Below are positions 50,540 to 60,667 of a stretch of DNA of 64,000 nt, piece after piece; positions within the stretch are counted from its first letter, which is position 1, and each line of letters opens with the position of its first letter. Source of the stretch: Spirochaetia bacterium. GTDB lineage: Bacteria > Spirochaetota > Spirochaetia > SZUA-6 > Bin103. Location: NCBI GenBank assembly GCA_965208575.1, contig CBDBOV010000004.1, positions 1,152,001 to 1,216,000 of the forward strand, written 5' to 3'. The position numbers were made by a program, and so were the translations under genes. The notes below the pieces were generated by a model. It was not told the DNA's origin. It did not search any database and worked only from the letters and a program-made list of their open reading frames with translations.

Positions 50540-51891
50540 AGTTGCTCCACTCCCCCGCCCCGGTCGTTCTGCCGTACCGACAGGCGCTCCGCGTCCACCT
50601 CCGCCGATCGCCGCGACAGCCCCACCAGCAGCCCGCACATGACGAACGTGGTCAGCAGCGCCGACCCGCCCGACGAATAGAACGGCAGCGGCAGCCCGGT
50701 CGCGGGCACCAGGCTCGACACCACGGCCAGGTTGAGAAACGCCTGGGCGACGATGCTGGTGGTAAGCCCGAACGCCAGGTAGCGGGCGAACCGGTCGCGG
50801 TGATGGCGCACGATCAGGTAGCCGCGCCACGCCAGTACCGCGAACAGGCCCAGGATCAGGATGACGCCGACCAGGCCGAGCTCCTCTCCCGCCACCGCGA
50901 AGATGAAGTCGGAGTGCGCCTCCGGCAGGGGACCCAGCTTCATCTGTCCGCGCCCGATGCCGGTGCCCCACACGCCGCCGCGCGCCAGCGCGTCACGGGC
51001 GGCCAGCACCTGGTAGCCGCTGCCGGCGGGGTCCGCCGTCGGCTCCAGGAAGGCGATCAGGCGCAGCACGCGGTGCTCCTTGGTCAGCAGCAGCATCAGC
51101 GCGAGCGGCGTGCCGGCCATGGTCAGAGCGGCGAACAGGCCCATTCTCACCCCCGCCAGCCACAGCATGGCCATGGCCAGGAACACCAGGAAGATGGGCG
51201 TCGAAAAGTCGTTCTGCAGGTACACCAGCGCGGCGAACAGGCCCGCAACCAGCATCGGCGGAACGATCACCCGCATGGTGCGGCCGTAGCTGAGCTCGGC
51301 CAGGTTGCCCTTGCGATCGAGAATGTGGGCGAGGTACACCACCAGCGCCAGCTTGGCGAGTTCCGACGGCTGGAACGACAGTCCGCCGATCACGATCCAG
51401 CGCTGCGCCCCCATCGCCCACAGCCCGATGCCGGGCACCGACGTGAGCACGACCAGCGGCAGGCTGACCGCCACCAGCGGCAGCACCGCGCGGCGCACGT
51501 AGCGCAGCGGAACGGAGGCGGCAACGGTGGCCAGCAGCGTGCCGAGCGCGACCCACAGCACCTGGCGGCGAAAGAAGCGCAGCGGATCGTCGAACAGCCG
51601 GTCACCGTAGAAGTAGGACGCGGACAGCAGTACCGCGAGACCGCTGCCGGTGAGCACGATCAGCGCCGCCACCAGCACGCTGTCGCTCGGCATGGCCAGG
51701 GTCGGCTGCAGCGTGTCGCGCAGCCGCACCCAGCGGGTCCGCACCGTCCGCCGCCGGCCGGACGGCCGCTGCGCCAGCATGAGGCGGCGCAGGACGCGCG
51801 GCAGGTGCGTAACCTTGACGGATGGCTGCGCCATGCGCTGCGCTTGCGGACGCCCGCCGTTCACTACCGGTGCCATCGCCGATACCGTCAC
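50536..51891 (-). CDS. ftsW: SEDS peptidoglycan polymerase FtsW
   Basis: GAQRWI, FQPSELAK, LPEAHSDFIF, GEELG and PATGLPLPFYSSGGS. Confidence 0.95.
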   Translation of the reverse strand: MTVSAMAPVVNGGRPQAQRMAQPSVKVTHLPRVLRRLMLAQRPSGRRRTVRTRWVRLRDTLQPTLAMPSDSVLVAALIVLTGSGLAVLLSASYFYGDRLFDDPLRFFRRQVLWVALGTLLATVAASVPLRYVRRAVLPLVAVSLPLVVLTSVPGIGLWAMGAQRWIVIGGLSFQPSELAKLALVVYLAHILDRKGNLAELSYGRTMRVIVPPMLVAGLFAALVYLQNDFSTPIFLVFLAMAMLWLAGVRMGLFAALTMAGTPLALMLLLTKEHRVLRLIAFLEPTADPAGSGYQVLAARDALARGGVWGTGIGRGQMKLGPLPEAHSDFIFAVAGEELGLVGVILILGLFAVLAWRGYLIVRHHRDRFARYLAFGLTTSIVAQAFLNLAVVSSLVPATGLPLPFYSSGGSALLTTFVMCGLLVGLSRRSAEVDAERLSVRQNDRGGGVEQL

Positions 51892-53294
51892 GCCGCCTGC
51901 AGCGGCTCCACCAGCCGGTCGAGCGCGACGCCGCGCGAGCCCTTGAGCAGCACGGTGTCGCCGGGGCGCACCGATGCAACCACCGCCGCCTCCAGCTCCT
52001 CGTAGAGCGTCGTCCACAGCAGCGGCCGGCCGAAGCCGGCGGCCTGCAGGGCATCCGCGGTAGCGGCGGTTTCCGCCCCGAACAGGAACACGGCATCCGG
52101 GTCGACGGCCGTGACCACCTCGGCCAGCGCGGCGTGGGCGGCCCGCGTCGCGGTGCCGAGTTCCAGCATGCTGCCGAGCACCACCAGGACGCGCCCGCGA
52201 CCGGGCAATTCGGCGAGGAAGGTGAGCGCGGCCGCCATCGACTCCGGATTGGCGTTGTACGCATCGTTGATGATGGTCAGCCGCCCGCGGACAACCTGCG
52301 AGCGGCCCGCCACCGCCTCCACGGCCTCGATGCCGTGCTTGATAGCGGCCGCCGACACTCCCAGGGTAGACGCCACCGTGATTGCGGCCAGCACGTTGGT
52401 GACGTTGTGATTGCCAAACAGAGGGAAGTGAATCTGGAGCCCCTCCCAGTGGATGGTGGAACCATCAAGCCCCAGAGATTCACTTCCCTCGTAACCTTTC
52501 GTCTTGGTTGGGCCGAATTGGACCAGCGCAACTTCCGGTGCCAACGGCAGCCGGGAGTGCGCCAGCAACTCCTCCCCTTCCGGCACGAATGCGTGCCCGC
52601 CGCGCGGCAGGTAGGCCAGCACGCGCGCCTTCTCGGCGGCTATGGTGGGCCGCGATTCGAACGCGGCCAGGTGTGCGGTGCCGATGCCGGTGATCAGCGC
52701 GTGGTGAGGCGCCGCCAGCCGGCCCAGCTCGTCCATCTCGCCGCGGTAGTCGATGCCCAGTTCCAGCACCGCCATGCGATGGCGCCGCTCGATGCCCAGC
52801 AGCGCCAGCGGCAGCCCGATCACCGAGTTGTAGTTGCGCTGTGCCTCGTAGGTCGGCGCGCACTGTTGCAGGATCGACGCGAGGATGCGCCGCGTGGTGG
52901 TCTTGCCGCTCGATCCGGTCACCGCCACGCGCTGCGCCGCGCTGTGCGATCGATGTGCCTCGGCGAGCCGATGCAGCGCCTGCAGCGGGTCGTCCACCAC
53001 GGCCAGCGTGGCGCCGTAGCGGCTCGCTGTGGCCTGCAGCTCGGCGCCGCGCGCGTACCACTGCCGCCGCGCTATGAGGGCGGCGGCGGCGCCCGCTGCG
53101 AACGCGTCGGCCAAGTAGTCGTGGCCGTCGGCGCGGCTTCCGGCCAGGGCCACGAACAGCGCGTCGGCGGCCGCGGCGCGCGAGTCCACGACCACCCGGC
53201 GCAACGGCGCCTGCGCAGCCGCCAGCGGCCCCCGGTCGGAGCCGACAAGCCGCGCGCCGGTGAGCCCGGCGAGTGCTTCGGTGGTCACCGTCAC
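51888..53294 (-). CDS. murF: UDP-N-acetylmuramoyl-tripeptide--D-alanyl-D-alanine ligase
   Basis: VDSR, VTGSSGKTTT, NYNSVIGLP, NDAYNANPESM and LLKGSRG. Confidence 0.96.
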   Translation of the reverse strand: MTVTTEALAGLTGARLVGSDRGPLAAAQAPLRRVVVDSRAAAADALFVALAGSRADGHDYLADAFAAGAAAALIARRQWYARGAELQATASRYGATLAVVDDPLQALHRLAEAHRSHSAAQRVAVTGSSGKTTTRRILASILQQCAPTYEAQRNYNSVIGLPLALLGIERRHRMAVLELGIDYRGEMDELGRLAAPHHALITGIGTAHLAAFESRPTIAAEKARVLAYLPRGGHAFVPEGEELLAHSRLPLAPEVALVQFGPTKTKGYEGSESLGLDGSTIHWEGLQIHFPLFGNHNVTNVLAAITVASTLGVSAAAIKHGIEAVEAVAGRSQVVRGRLTIINDAYNANPESMAAALTFLAELPGRGRVLVVLGSMLELGTATRAAHAALAEVVTAVDPDAVFLFGAETAATADALQAAGFGRPLLWTTLYEELEAAVVASVRPGDTVLLKGSRGVALDRLVEPLQAA

Positions 53295-53623
53295 GGTTGC
53301 TCTCCCGGGGCGGAGGGCGGTTCAGGAAGCGCGAAGCGCACCAACAGCCGGCGCCCCGGCGCCATTCGCTCCAGGCCCTGCTCGGCGGCGGCGGCGTCCA
53401 CGCGTTGCGGAGAACCGAGCGCCGCCAAGTCTGCCATCGCCTGCTTGTTGCGTTCGTGCCAGTGGCGCTGTTCCAGTTCCAGCGCGCCTACCGTGTGCAG
53501 CAGGCGCTCGTAACGATACCCTTGCCAGGCGCTGAGCATCAGCGCCGCGCCGAGCAGCGCGGCGCTCAGGAACAGCAGCATTCGTCCGCGCGCGGTGTCG
53601 CGCGTGCGCGCGCCGTCAGCCAT
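53291..53623 (-). CDS. ftsL: Cell division protein FtsL-like
   Basis: Single TM plus coiled coil, SPQRVD...LGL-like end; located between rsmH and murF. Confidence 0.75.
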   Translation of the reverse strand: MADGARTRDTARGRMLLFLSAALLGAALMLSAWQGYRYERLLHTVGALELEQRHWHERNKQAMADLAALGSPQRVDAAAAEQGLERMAPGRRLLVRFALPEPPSAPGEQP

Positions 53624-54545
53624 GATCCGCCACCTTGCGGGCGACCCGCAGGCGCGCGCTGCGCGACCGGGGGTTGGCCTGCACCTCGGCCGGGGTCGGG
53701 CGCAACGGCCGCTTGGTACACACTTCCCAGGCCGCGCCGGCGCCGCCCGCCGGCGGCTCCTGCGCGGCACGCCGCAGGTGCTGCTTGACGATGCGGTCCT
53801 CCAGCGAGTGAAACGCGATCACCCCGATGCTGCCGCCGGCGGCCAGGCAGCGCAGCGCGGCCGCCAGGCCGGTCTCGAGACGCCGCAGTTCGTCATTGAC
53901 CGCGATTCGCAACGCCTGGAACGAGCGCGTGGCCGGGTGTATGGCGCCGCGGTGGCGCTGCGCCGGTGGATAGGCGCGCCACACCAGCTCCTCCAGCTCG
54001 CCGGTAGTGCGCAGGGGACGTTCCGCCCGCCGGCGGGCCACGGCACGCGCGATCCGCCGAGCATGGCGCTCCTCCCCGTACTGATGGAAGAGATCCGCCA
54101 ATGCCGATTCCGGCTCCTCATTGAGAATATCGGCAGCCGTGCGGGGCAACCGTTCATCGAGCCGCATGTCCAACGGCTCGGAGCCGCGAAACGAGAACCC
54201 GCGGGCGCTGCAGTCGAAGTGGTAGCTCGCCAGCCCCAGGTCGAGCAGCACCAGGTGCGCCGAGCCGCTGCGGCGCGCCATGACATCGGCAAACCAGCCG
54301 CGCTCGAACTCGACGCGGCGCCCGAAGCGGCCCAGGGTGCGGCGGGCGCGCGCCAGCATGTGCGCGTCGACGTCCACGGCCAGGAGCGACAGCGAGGGGT
54401 AGCGGTCGAGGAACCGCTGCGCATGTCCACCATCGCCGACAGTGCCGTCGATCATCAGGCCGCCGCGATCCGGCGCGGTCAGCCAGTGCAGACATTCCTG
54501 CACCATCACTGGTTCATGTACCGATACCGGTTCACGCACACCCAT
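53616..54545 (-). CDS. rsmH: 16S rRNA m4C1402 methyltransferase
   Basis: HEPVM, DGTVGDGGH, PLDMR, FQALRIAVNDE, FHSLEDR and NPRSRSARLR. Confidence 0.97.
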   Translation of the reverse strand: MGVREPVSVHEPVMVQECLHWLTAPDRGGLMIDGTVGDGGHAQRFLDRYPSLSLLAVDVDAHMLARARRTLGRFGRRVEFERGWFADVMARRSGSAHLVLLDLGLASYHFDCSARGFSFRGSEPLDMRLDERLPRTAADILNEEPESALADLFHQYGEERHARRIARAVARRRAERPLRTTGELEELVWRAYPPAQRHRGAIHPATRSFQALRIAVNDELRRLETGLAAALRCLAAGGSIGVIAFHSLEDRIVKQHLRRAAQEPPAGGAGAAWEVCTKRPLRPTPAEVQANPRSRSARLRVARKVADHG

Positions 54546-54985
54546 CAGAACGTTATCGCTCCGCCGATCTCCTCGGCGGCCTCCTTGAACCTCTCCTCGT
54601 TCGCCTCCAGGTAGGCCGTGTACGTTGGCTCGTCCCAGATTTCGAGGTATTTGACCATGCCGAGGATCGTGCAGTCCTTCCTCAGCGCGGCGAACTCACG
54701 CAGCGTCGGCGGAATGGCGATGCGGCCGCTGCGGTCGATCTCCACCTCCTGCGCGGGTGCCAGGATGCGGCGCTGGATGAGACGCGCCCGCTCCGAGAAC
54801 GGCGAAGTCGCCGCTATCAGGTTCTCGGACAGCTTGCGCCACTCGTCGGAGGGGAACAGCCACAGGCAGCGATCCACGCCGCGCGTCAGGATCATCACGT
54901 TGCCGACCACCTCGGAGCGCACCTTGGCGGGCACCATCAAGCGGCCCTTCTCGTCGAGGGCGTAACGGTATTCGCCGGAAATCAT
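54545..54985 (-). CDS. mraZ: Division/cell wall cluster repressor MraZ
   Basis: LDEKGRL, IDRSGRI and LEIWD. Confidence 0.97.
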   Translation of the reverse strand: MISGEYRYALDEKGRLMVPAKVRSEVVGNVMILTRGVDRCLWLFPSDEWRKLSENLIAATSPFSERARLIQRRILAPAQEVEIDRSGRIAIPPTLREFAALRKDCTILGMVKYLEIWDEPTYTAYLEANEERFKEAAEEIGGAITF

Positions 54986-55068
54986 GATCGCTCCTTACGC
55001 ACGGTCTCCTGCCGCATTCCCACGGTGATGCCTGACCCTCAGGGGAATGAGGGATATTATGGGTCTAT

Positions 55069-55109
55069 CTTCCACCATAGTCCAATATCTCCCACTTTCT
55101 CCCACCACC
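55069..55109 (-). promoter_or_regulatory. MraZ-box direct repeats
   Basis: The minus strand reads GTGGGAGAAA-GTGGGAGATA-TTGGACTATG-GTGGAAG, with 10-nt periodicity, upstream of mraZ. Confidence 0.75.
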
Positions 55110-55314
55110 TTGCAGATTAATCACCGTGCTTCTACCGGGTGTCAACATCGAGAATCCGGGCGGGAGCGAAATTCGGCGGCGGCCGCGGCGCCGAACACTA
55201 CATGTTTGTATAGTATTGGCGAGTAGGCGGCGATGCCGCTACATTGGCGGCCACGGTGGCGCCCGACGCGAGCGGGCTGGTGCGGGCCGCTTCTTCGGTT
55301 TTACGGGTTTACGG

Positions 55315-55647
55315 TTGTATCGGGTACATTTCAAGTGGAAGGGCAAGGAAGTACAGCTCACGGCGAAGAGCCTTGACCTTACGCATCCCTACTTCGTGTC
55401 CATCAAGGACATCGTCTTCGAGCGCGACCAGCAGATCATCATCAACCCCACCGCGGAGGACGTGCGGCGCACATTCGGACGCGCCGAGCACCTGATGATC
55501 CCGTTTCAGACCGTTGCGCTGATCGAGGAGTTCCCGGAGGCTGATTCCAACCGGATCCGGCCGTTTACGCTGGTGGAGGAAGAGGTGGACGGGGCGGCCG
55601 ACGACGGCCTCGACGACGACATCGACAGCGACGACTCTTCCCCCTGA
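55315..55647 (+). CDS. DUF1820-like protein
   Basis: YRVHF...V.L.AK.L....FVSI.DIVF......INP..E..R..F...LMIP...V..IEE with an acidic tail; TTG start assumed. Confidence 0.65.
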   Translation: MYRVHFKWKGKEVQLTAKSLDLTHPYFVSIKDIVFERDQQIIINPTAEDVRRTFGRAEHLMIPFQTVALIEEFPEADSNRIRPFTLVEEEVDGAADDGLDDDIDSDDSSP

Positions 55648-55663
55648 CGCCCGCGCCCGGCGG

Positions 55664-57355
55664 TCAACGGCGTGACGGCGTGCGCATCAGCAGATCCTCG
55701 GCGTGGCGCAGCGACACGTCACGGGCATCGTGGCCCGACAACATGCGCGCCACTTCCACCACCCGCGCGCGTCCGCTGACCTCCCTTACGGCGGTGAGCG
55801 TGCGACCGGCGCGCTCTTCCTTGGACACCTGGAGGTGGGTGTGGGCACGGGCGGCCACGGTGGCGAGATGGGTGATGCACAGGATCTGCCGGCGGCGGGC
55901 GATACCGGCAAGCTTGTCGCCCACCGCGATCGCCACGTCGCCGCCGATGCCGGCGTCGACTTCGTCGAACACCAGGGTGCCTACCGGGTCGCTGGCGGCG
56001 AGGATCGACTTCAACGCCAACATGATGCGCGACACCTCACCGCCGGAAGCGCTGGAGCGGAGCGGGCGCAGCGGCTCGCCCGCGTTGGCCGAAATGAGGA
56101 ATGCCACCGCTTCGGCGCCGGCGGGGCCAATCTCCGGCACGCCGCGCTCGAGCCGCGGCTGCAGGTGCACGGCGAAGCGCGCCTTGGGCATGCCGAGTTC
56201 GTGCAGGCTGTCCTCGACCAGCCCGCGCAGGCGGCCGGCAGCCTGCCGGCGGCGCTCGCTCAGTTCGCCGGCATGCTCGCTCAGCGCGGCGGCGAGACGC
56301 TGTACCTCGGCGCCGGCGGCGGCGTGCGCCCCGGCCGCATCCTCGAGGCCGGCCAGTGTGGCGCGCGCCTGGCGCGCGTGCTCCAGCACGTGCTCCACGG
56401 TGGCGCCGTACTTGCGCTGCAAGGCGTGGATCTGCTCCAGCCGCTCGACCACGGCCGCCAGCCGCGCGCCGTCGAAATAGAGGCCGCTCTGGTAGCGGCG
56501 CACATCGGCCGCGACATCTTCCAGTTCGTAGAATGCGCTTTCGACGCGCGCGCGCAGCGGCTCGAAGGCGGCGTCGTAGGAGGCCAGCGTGCGCAGTTCG
56601 TCGAGCGCGCCGCGCACCGACGCCAGCGCGCCGCCACGCGCCTCGACAGTCAGGTCGTACACCCGGTGCGCGGCCTCCGAGATGCGCTCGAACGCGGTGA
56701 GGCGGCGCCGCTCCTGATCCAGCTCCTCCTCCTCTCCGGCGCTCAGGCGCGCCGCGTCTATCTCGTCCGCGGCGTGCCGCAACAGCTCCGCCTGCCGTTC
56801 GCGGCGCTCGCCGCCCGACTCCAGCTCCACGACCCGGGCACGCGCCGCGGCCAGTCGGCGATGCACCGCGGCCACCACGCCGGCGAGCGGCACCAGGTCC
56901 GCGAAGTGGTCGAGCAGGCGGCGGTGCTCGATCTCGCGCAGCAGGCTCTGGTGCCGGTGCTGGCCATGCAGGTCGAACAGCCGCCGGCCGAGCTCGCCGA
57001 GCTGGGCGGTGGGAACCGGTACGCCCGCTATGAAGCAGCCTGAGCGCCCAGTACGGCGCACGACGCGCCGTACGATGAGCGTGTCGTCGTCCGCCGCAAG
57101 CTCACGCTCGGCGAGCCAGTCGCGCACCTCGCCGTCCCGAGGCTGCAGGCGAACCACGCCGGAGACCTCGGCGCGATCGGCGCCGGCACGAATGTCGGCT
57201 GCCGTGGCGCGGGCGCCGAGCAGCAGACCGACGGCGCCGATGATGATCGACTTGCCGGCGCCGGTCTCGCCGCTGAGCACGTTCAGATGCGGGCCGAAGC
57301 CCACCTCGACGTGCTCGATCAGCGCGTAGTTGCGCACCGTCAGCGACTCAAGCAC
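55664..57355 (-). CDS. recN: DNA repair protein RecN
   Basis: SGETGAGKS, HGQH, ASGGEVSR, FDEVDAGIGG and CITHL. Confidence 0.97.
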   Translation of the reverse strand: MLESLTVRNYALIEHVEVGFGPHLNVLSGETGAGKSIIIGAVGLLLGARATAADIRAGADRAEVSGVVRLQPRDGEVRDWLAERELAADDDTLIVRRVVRRTGRSGCFIAGVPVPTAQLGELGRRLFDLHGQHRHQSLLREIEHRRLLDHFADLVPLAGVVAAVHRRLAAARARVVELESGGERRERQAELLRHAADEIDAARLSAGEEEELDQERRRLTAFERISEAAHRVYDLTVEARGGALASVRGALDELRTLASYDAAFEPLRARVESAFYELEDVAADVRRYQSGLYFDGARLAAVVERLEQIHALQRKYGATVEHVLEHARQARATLAGLEDAAGAHAAAGAEVQRLAAALSEHAGELSERRRQAAGRLRGLVEDSLHELGMPKARFAVHLQPRLERGVPEIGPAGAEAVAFLISANAGEPLRPLRSSASGGEVSRIMLALKSILAASDPVGTLVFDEVDAGIGGDVAIAVGDKLAGIARRRQILCITHLATVAARAHTHLQVSKEERAGRTLTAVREVSGRARVVEVARMLSGHDARDVSLRHAEDLLMRTPSRR

Positions 57356-58280
57356 GCGGCTCCCCGGCCCAGTCGAGCTTGGACCTCAATACCTGGTAGA
57401 AGTTGCGCTTGCCGGAGCGCACGATGTGGGTCTGGTGGACGGAACGGGAAAAGTCGATCTGATCGCCCGGCTGCAGCGCCTCCACGTCGACGCCGTCGAC
57501 GGCGAGGCTGATCTCGGTGCGCTGGTTCATTTCGATCTCCACCCGCACCGGTTCCGCGGCCGGCACCAGCAGCGGCCGGTTGGCCAGGGTAAAGGGGCAG
57601 ATCGGGGTGATGACGAAGGCGTCCATCTCGGGATGGACGATCGGCCCGCCGGCCGCCATCGAGTACGCCGTGGATCCGGTCGGCGTCGCGAATACCATTC
57701 CGTCGGCGCGGTAGTTGGCGACCCAGGTACCCGCCAGGTGCACCCGCAAGCGCACGATCTTGGAGCGTCCGTAGCCGGCGATTACCGCATCGTTGAGGCC
57801 GTCGATGCAGGCCACCGGCCGCCCGCACCGCAGCACCTCGGCGCGCACCATGACCCGGGTGCTGATGCCGAGCGATCCGGAGGCGTAGGCGTCGTACGCC
57901 TGCCGCCACTCGCCGACCGGGATCTCGGTGATGAATCCCACGGTGCCGAGGTTGACCGGCAGGATCGGGATGTCGCTGCCCGCCAGCAGGCGCGCGCACC
58001 CGAGCAGCGTGCCGTCGCCGCCGAGCGACACCGCCAGGTCGATGCTGCCGCGCTGCGCGATGGGAGCGGCGGAGGTGGCGCCGCGCGCCATCGAGGAACT
58101 GCCCACTTCCGCCTCCACCACCTCGACCTGGCGGCGCCGGAAGAAGTCGCGCACCTCGGCGATGATCTGCGCGCTGGCTCGGGCCCGGTTGAGCAACACG
58201 AACACGCGGCGAATCGTTCGCGGTCGCGACCCACTGTCTGCAGCACCGGTCTCGGCCGGCTTCCCCGTACCGACTGTCAT
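57348..58280 (-). CDS. nadK: NAD kinase
   Basis: LGGDGT, GLND, ADG...TPTGSTAYSMAAGG and ITPICPF. Confidence 0.95.
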   Translation of the reverse strand: MTVGTGKPAETGAADSGSRPRTIRRVFVLLNRARASAQIIAEVRDFFRRRQVEVVEAEVGSSSMARGATSAAPIAQRGSIDLAVSLGGDGTLLGCARLLAGSDIPILPVNLGTVGFITEIPVGEWRQAYDAYASGSLGISTRVMVRAEVLRCGRPVACIDGLNDAVIAGYGRSKIVRLRVHLAGTWVANYRADGMVFATPTGSTAYSMAAGGPIVHPEMDAFVITPICPFTLANRPLLVPAAEPVRVEIEMNQRTEISLAVDGVDVEALQPGDQIDFSRSVHQTHIVRSGKRNFYQVLRSKLDWAGEPRA

Positions 58281-58337
58281 CGGATCGCGGGCAAGTATAG
58301 CGCGCCCCGAAGCAGCGCGGCCACAGCCGCGGTGGCG

Positions 58338-59675
58338 TTACGGCAGCGTAGCGAGCACGCGAGCCACCTGGCTGGCCTGGGCATCGCGCAGGTCGGGATA
58401 GAGCGGGAACAGCAGACAGCGGCGAGCGAGCTCCTGGGCACCGGCGAGCCGCTCCCCGGTTGCCGCGCCGCCCGACGGGTCGGGCGCCGAATCATGCGCC
58501 GTTGACGGCGGCGGGTCGGCATCGTCCTCCGCCGGAAGCAGGCCGGTGATGGCCGACCCCTCACAGGCAAGCCTGGTCTCCACGTGGTGGCGGGTGGCGT
58601 AGCGCTGTGCCGCGCGCAACCCGTCGGCGACCACGACCGGAAACAGCGGACCCGGCGTTGCGGCCGGCGCCAGCGTGCGGTGGCGGCTCCTCGCCACTGC
58701 GTCGCGAAAGCGCGCGGCAAGCTCGGCGCAGCGCACGCGCCCGGCAGCCAGGTCGTGCCACTGCGCAAGCGCGAGCGCGGCGTTCACGTCGGCCAGTTCC
58801 GCCCAGCCGAAGCGCGCGCGGTAGCCTGCGAGCGACCGGCGGCCGCGCGGGCTGCGCGCCAACACCAGGCCGCCGCCCCCGGCCGCCAGTATGCCGGGCG
58901 CTTGCAGGCCGATCACCAGCACGTCGCCGGCGGGCTCCCGAAGGGCCGGCGATGCCGGGTGACCGGGCGGCTGATCGGCCGGTGAGTCGGCCGCATCGCC
59001 GGCGGGCGCGCCGTTGGCGCGCGCTCGGCGGGCCGCGGGCACTCTGCCGGACGCGGATTGAACCCGGTCCATTTCCATTCCGAGCATCCCGGCCGAGACA
59101 TCCTCCACGATCGGCACGCCGGCGGCGCGCACCTCGTCGAGCGGCTCGTCGGCGCCGAGCACGTGACCGATCACCAATGCGCACGGCCGATGCGCGAGCA
59201 TGCGCTGTATCGACTCGCCATCGAGGCACCCCGTTTCCGGGTCGACATCGACCAGCAGCGGCTGCCGGCCGGCGGCGCGCGCCGCGTACACGTAGCGCAA
59301 CGAAGCGAGCGCCGACATCAGCACCGGCCGCGGGCCGCCGGCAGGCGAATCCTCATCGCCGGCGGCCATCTCGGTTGCCAGGTGCAGCGCGGCCGTTGCC
59401 GCGGCGCCGTAGTCGGCCAGTGCGAGGCCGCCGCGGCAGTCGAGTGCCGCCGCCGCCGCCCCGATCAACTGCTCGGCGATCGGGCCGGGGCCGACCTCCT
59501 CCGACACCAGGCACTCCAGGACCGCGTGCATCTGGCGGCGGCGAACGACAGGCCGGAACAACGGAACCCGCGCGGCCACCGGCTTGCGCGCCGGCCTGCC
59601 GGACGACGCCGGGCGGCCGCGAGCCTGCTCACGGCGCGGCGAAGGGCGGCCGTCGCCGCCGGGAGTGCGCTTCAC
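58338..59675 (-). CDS. DegT/DnrJ/EryC1/StrS-like PLP aminotransferase homologue (degenerate)
   Basis: VDVDPETG, IVED, GGGGLV and LFPLYPDL; the catalytic Lys is not seen. The start may be later than annotated. Confidence 0.7.
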   Translation of the reverse strand: MKRTPGGDGRPSPRREQARGRPASSGRPARKPVAARVPLFRPVVRRRQMHAVLECLVSEEVGPGPIAEQLIGAAAAALDCRGGLALADYGAAATAALHLATEMAAGDEDSPAGGPRPVLMSALASLRYVYAARAAGRQPLLVDVDPETGCLDGESIQRMLAHRPCALVIGHVLGADEPLDEVRAAGVPIVEDVSAGMLGMEMDRVQSASGRVPAARRARANGAPAGDAADSPADQPPGHPASPALREPAGDVLVIGLQAPGILAAGGGGLVLARSPRGRRSLAGYRARFGWAELADVNAALALAQWHDLAAGRVRCAELAARFRDAVARSRHRTLAPAATPGPLFPVVVADGLRAAQRYATRHHVETRLACEGSAITGLLPAEDDADPPPSTAHDSAPDPSGGAATGERLAGAQELARRCLLFPLYPDLRDAQASQVARVLATLP

Positions 59676-59717
59676 GGAGCGTCGGTACCGGCGCGGCGAA
59701 CCGCGCCGGCGGCGCTG

Positions 59718-59933
59718 CTAGCCGGCTCGATTGGCGGCGGGGCGCAACGGAAGCGAGCCGGGGTCACGCTCGCGGGCATCCTTGAGGTGAAGTTTGGATA
59801 TCTTGTAGTTCTTGAGCAGTACGCGGATTGCGTCGTTCACCGCCTCGCTGCGGTCGCGATAAAACCCCTGCTGGATCATCTCATCGAGTCCTTCGAGCAG
59901 GAATTCCGACGTCTCCACGTATGCCTTCGACAC
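59718..59933 (-). CDS. Ribbon-helix-helix (CopG/Arc/MetJ) protein
   Basis: LLEGLDEMIQQGFYRDRSEAVNDAIRVLL, with a GAGGAG RBS. Confidence 0.75.
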   Translation of the reverse strand: MSKAYVETSEFLLEGLDEMIQQGFYRDRSEAVNDAIRVLLKNYKISKLHLKDARERDPGSLPLRPAANRAG

Positions 59934-59982
59934 TGATAGTACTCCTCAACCGCGGCCACCCGTCCAAACGCGGCCGGGTATG

Positions 59983-60056
<74 letters not shown>

Positions 60057-60079
60057 CGGGGAAACCGCGTCACACCCGA

Positions 60080-60108
60080 ATGATGGCGGTGCGAACGACT
60101 CCTGTCAA
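60080..60108 (-). promoter_or_regulatory. Putative sigma70 promoter of tRNA-Ile
   Basis: TTGACA-17 nt-CATCAT. Confidence 0.55.
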
Positions 60109-60166
60109 TGCGAACCTCGCGCCGCCGCCAGTGGCCGGCCGCGAGCCGGCACGCTCCCGCGCCGGC

Positions 60167-60520
60167 TTACGGGGTGTTGCCGTTTGCGGATCCTGCATCG
60201 TCGTGGCTGGCGAGCCGCGCGAGCGCGCTCTCCTTCTCCTCGATGCGCCGCTCGATGTCGCCGAGTTCGACGACCAGTTCCTTCACACCGACGGTGTCGC
60301 GCGCAACGCTGTTCTCATTGCGTACGCTGAACGCGTCGTAGACTTCCTGGCCGAGTCGCGACAGCACCTTCATCGACTGCCGCTCAAGCTGCATGATGTC
60401 GAACTTGAGCACACCCTTCTCGCTCAGATCCTTGGCACCCTCGCGCGCCTTGTCCAGAACCTCGCGCGATACGTCGAGCCCCTGGCCCACCGCTTTTTCG
60501 ATTCGATTCCAAAGGTTCAT
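60167..60520 (-). CDS. Hypothetical coiled-coil protein
   Basis: MNLWNRIEKAVGQG...LSEKGVLKFDIMQLE...LGQEVY, with an AGGAGG RBS. Confidence 0.75.
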   Translation of the reverse strand: MNLWNRIEKAVGQGLDVSREVLDKAREGAKDLSEKGVLKFDIMQLERQSMKVLSRLGQEVYDAFSVRNENSVARDTVGVKELVVELGDIERRIEEKESALARLASHDDAGSANGNTP

Positions 60521-60667
60521 GCAACCCCCTCCTGCGCCACGCTTCGCGGCGTGCCGAATGATCGCTCTCGGTATGCAATGTAAGGCTTCCGTGCGGCGCG
60601 CGACCACATCAACGCGGCCACCCTTTGCACAAATCACGCGCCGCCCTCTATAGTGGCGGGCATTCCC

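Noticed and set aside
50536-53294. Absence of mraY/murD/murG/ftsI from the dcw cluster
   Set aside because: The murF-ftsW-ftsQAZ arrangement is known from Treponema, where those genes lie elsewhere.
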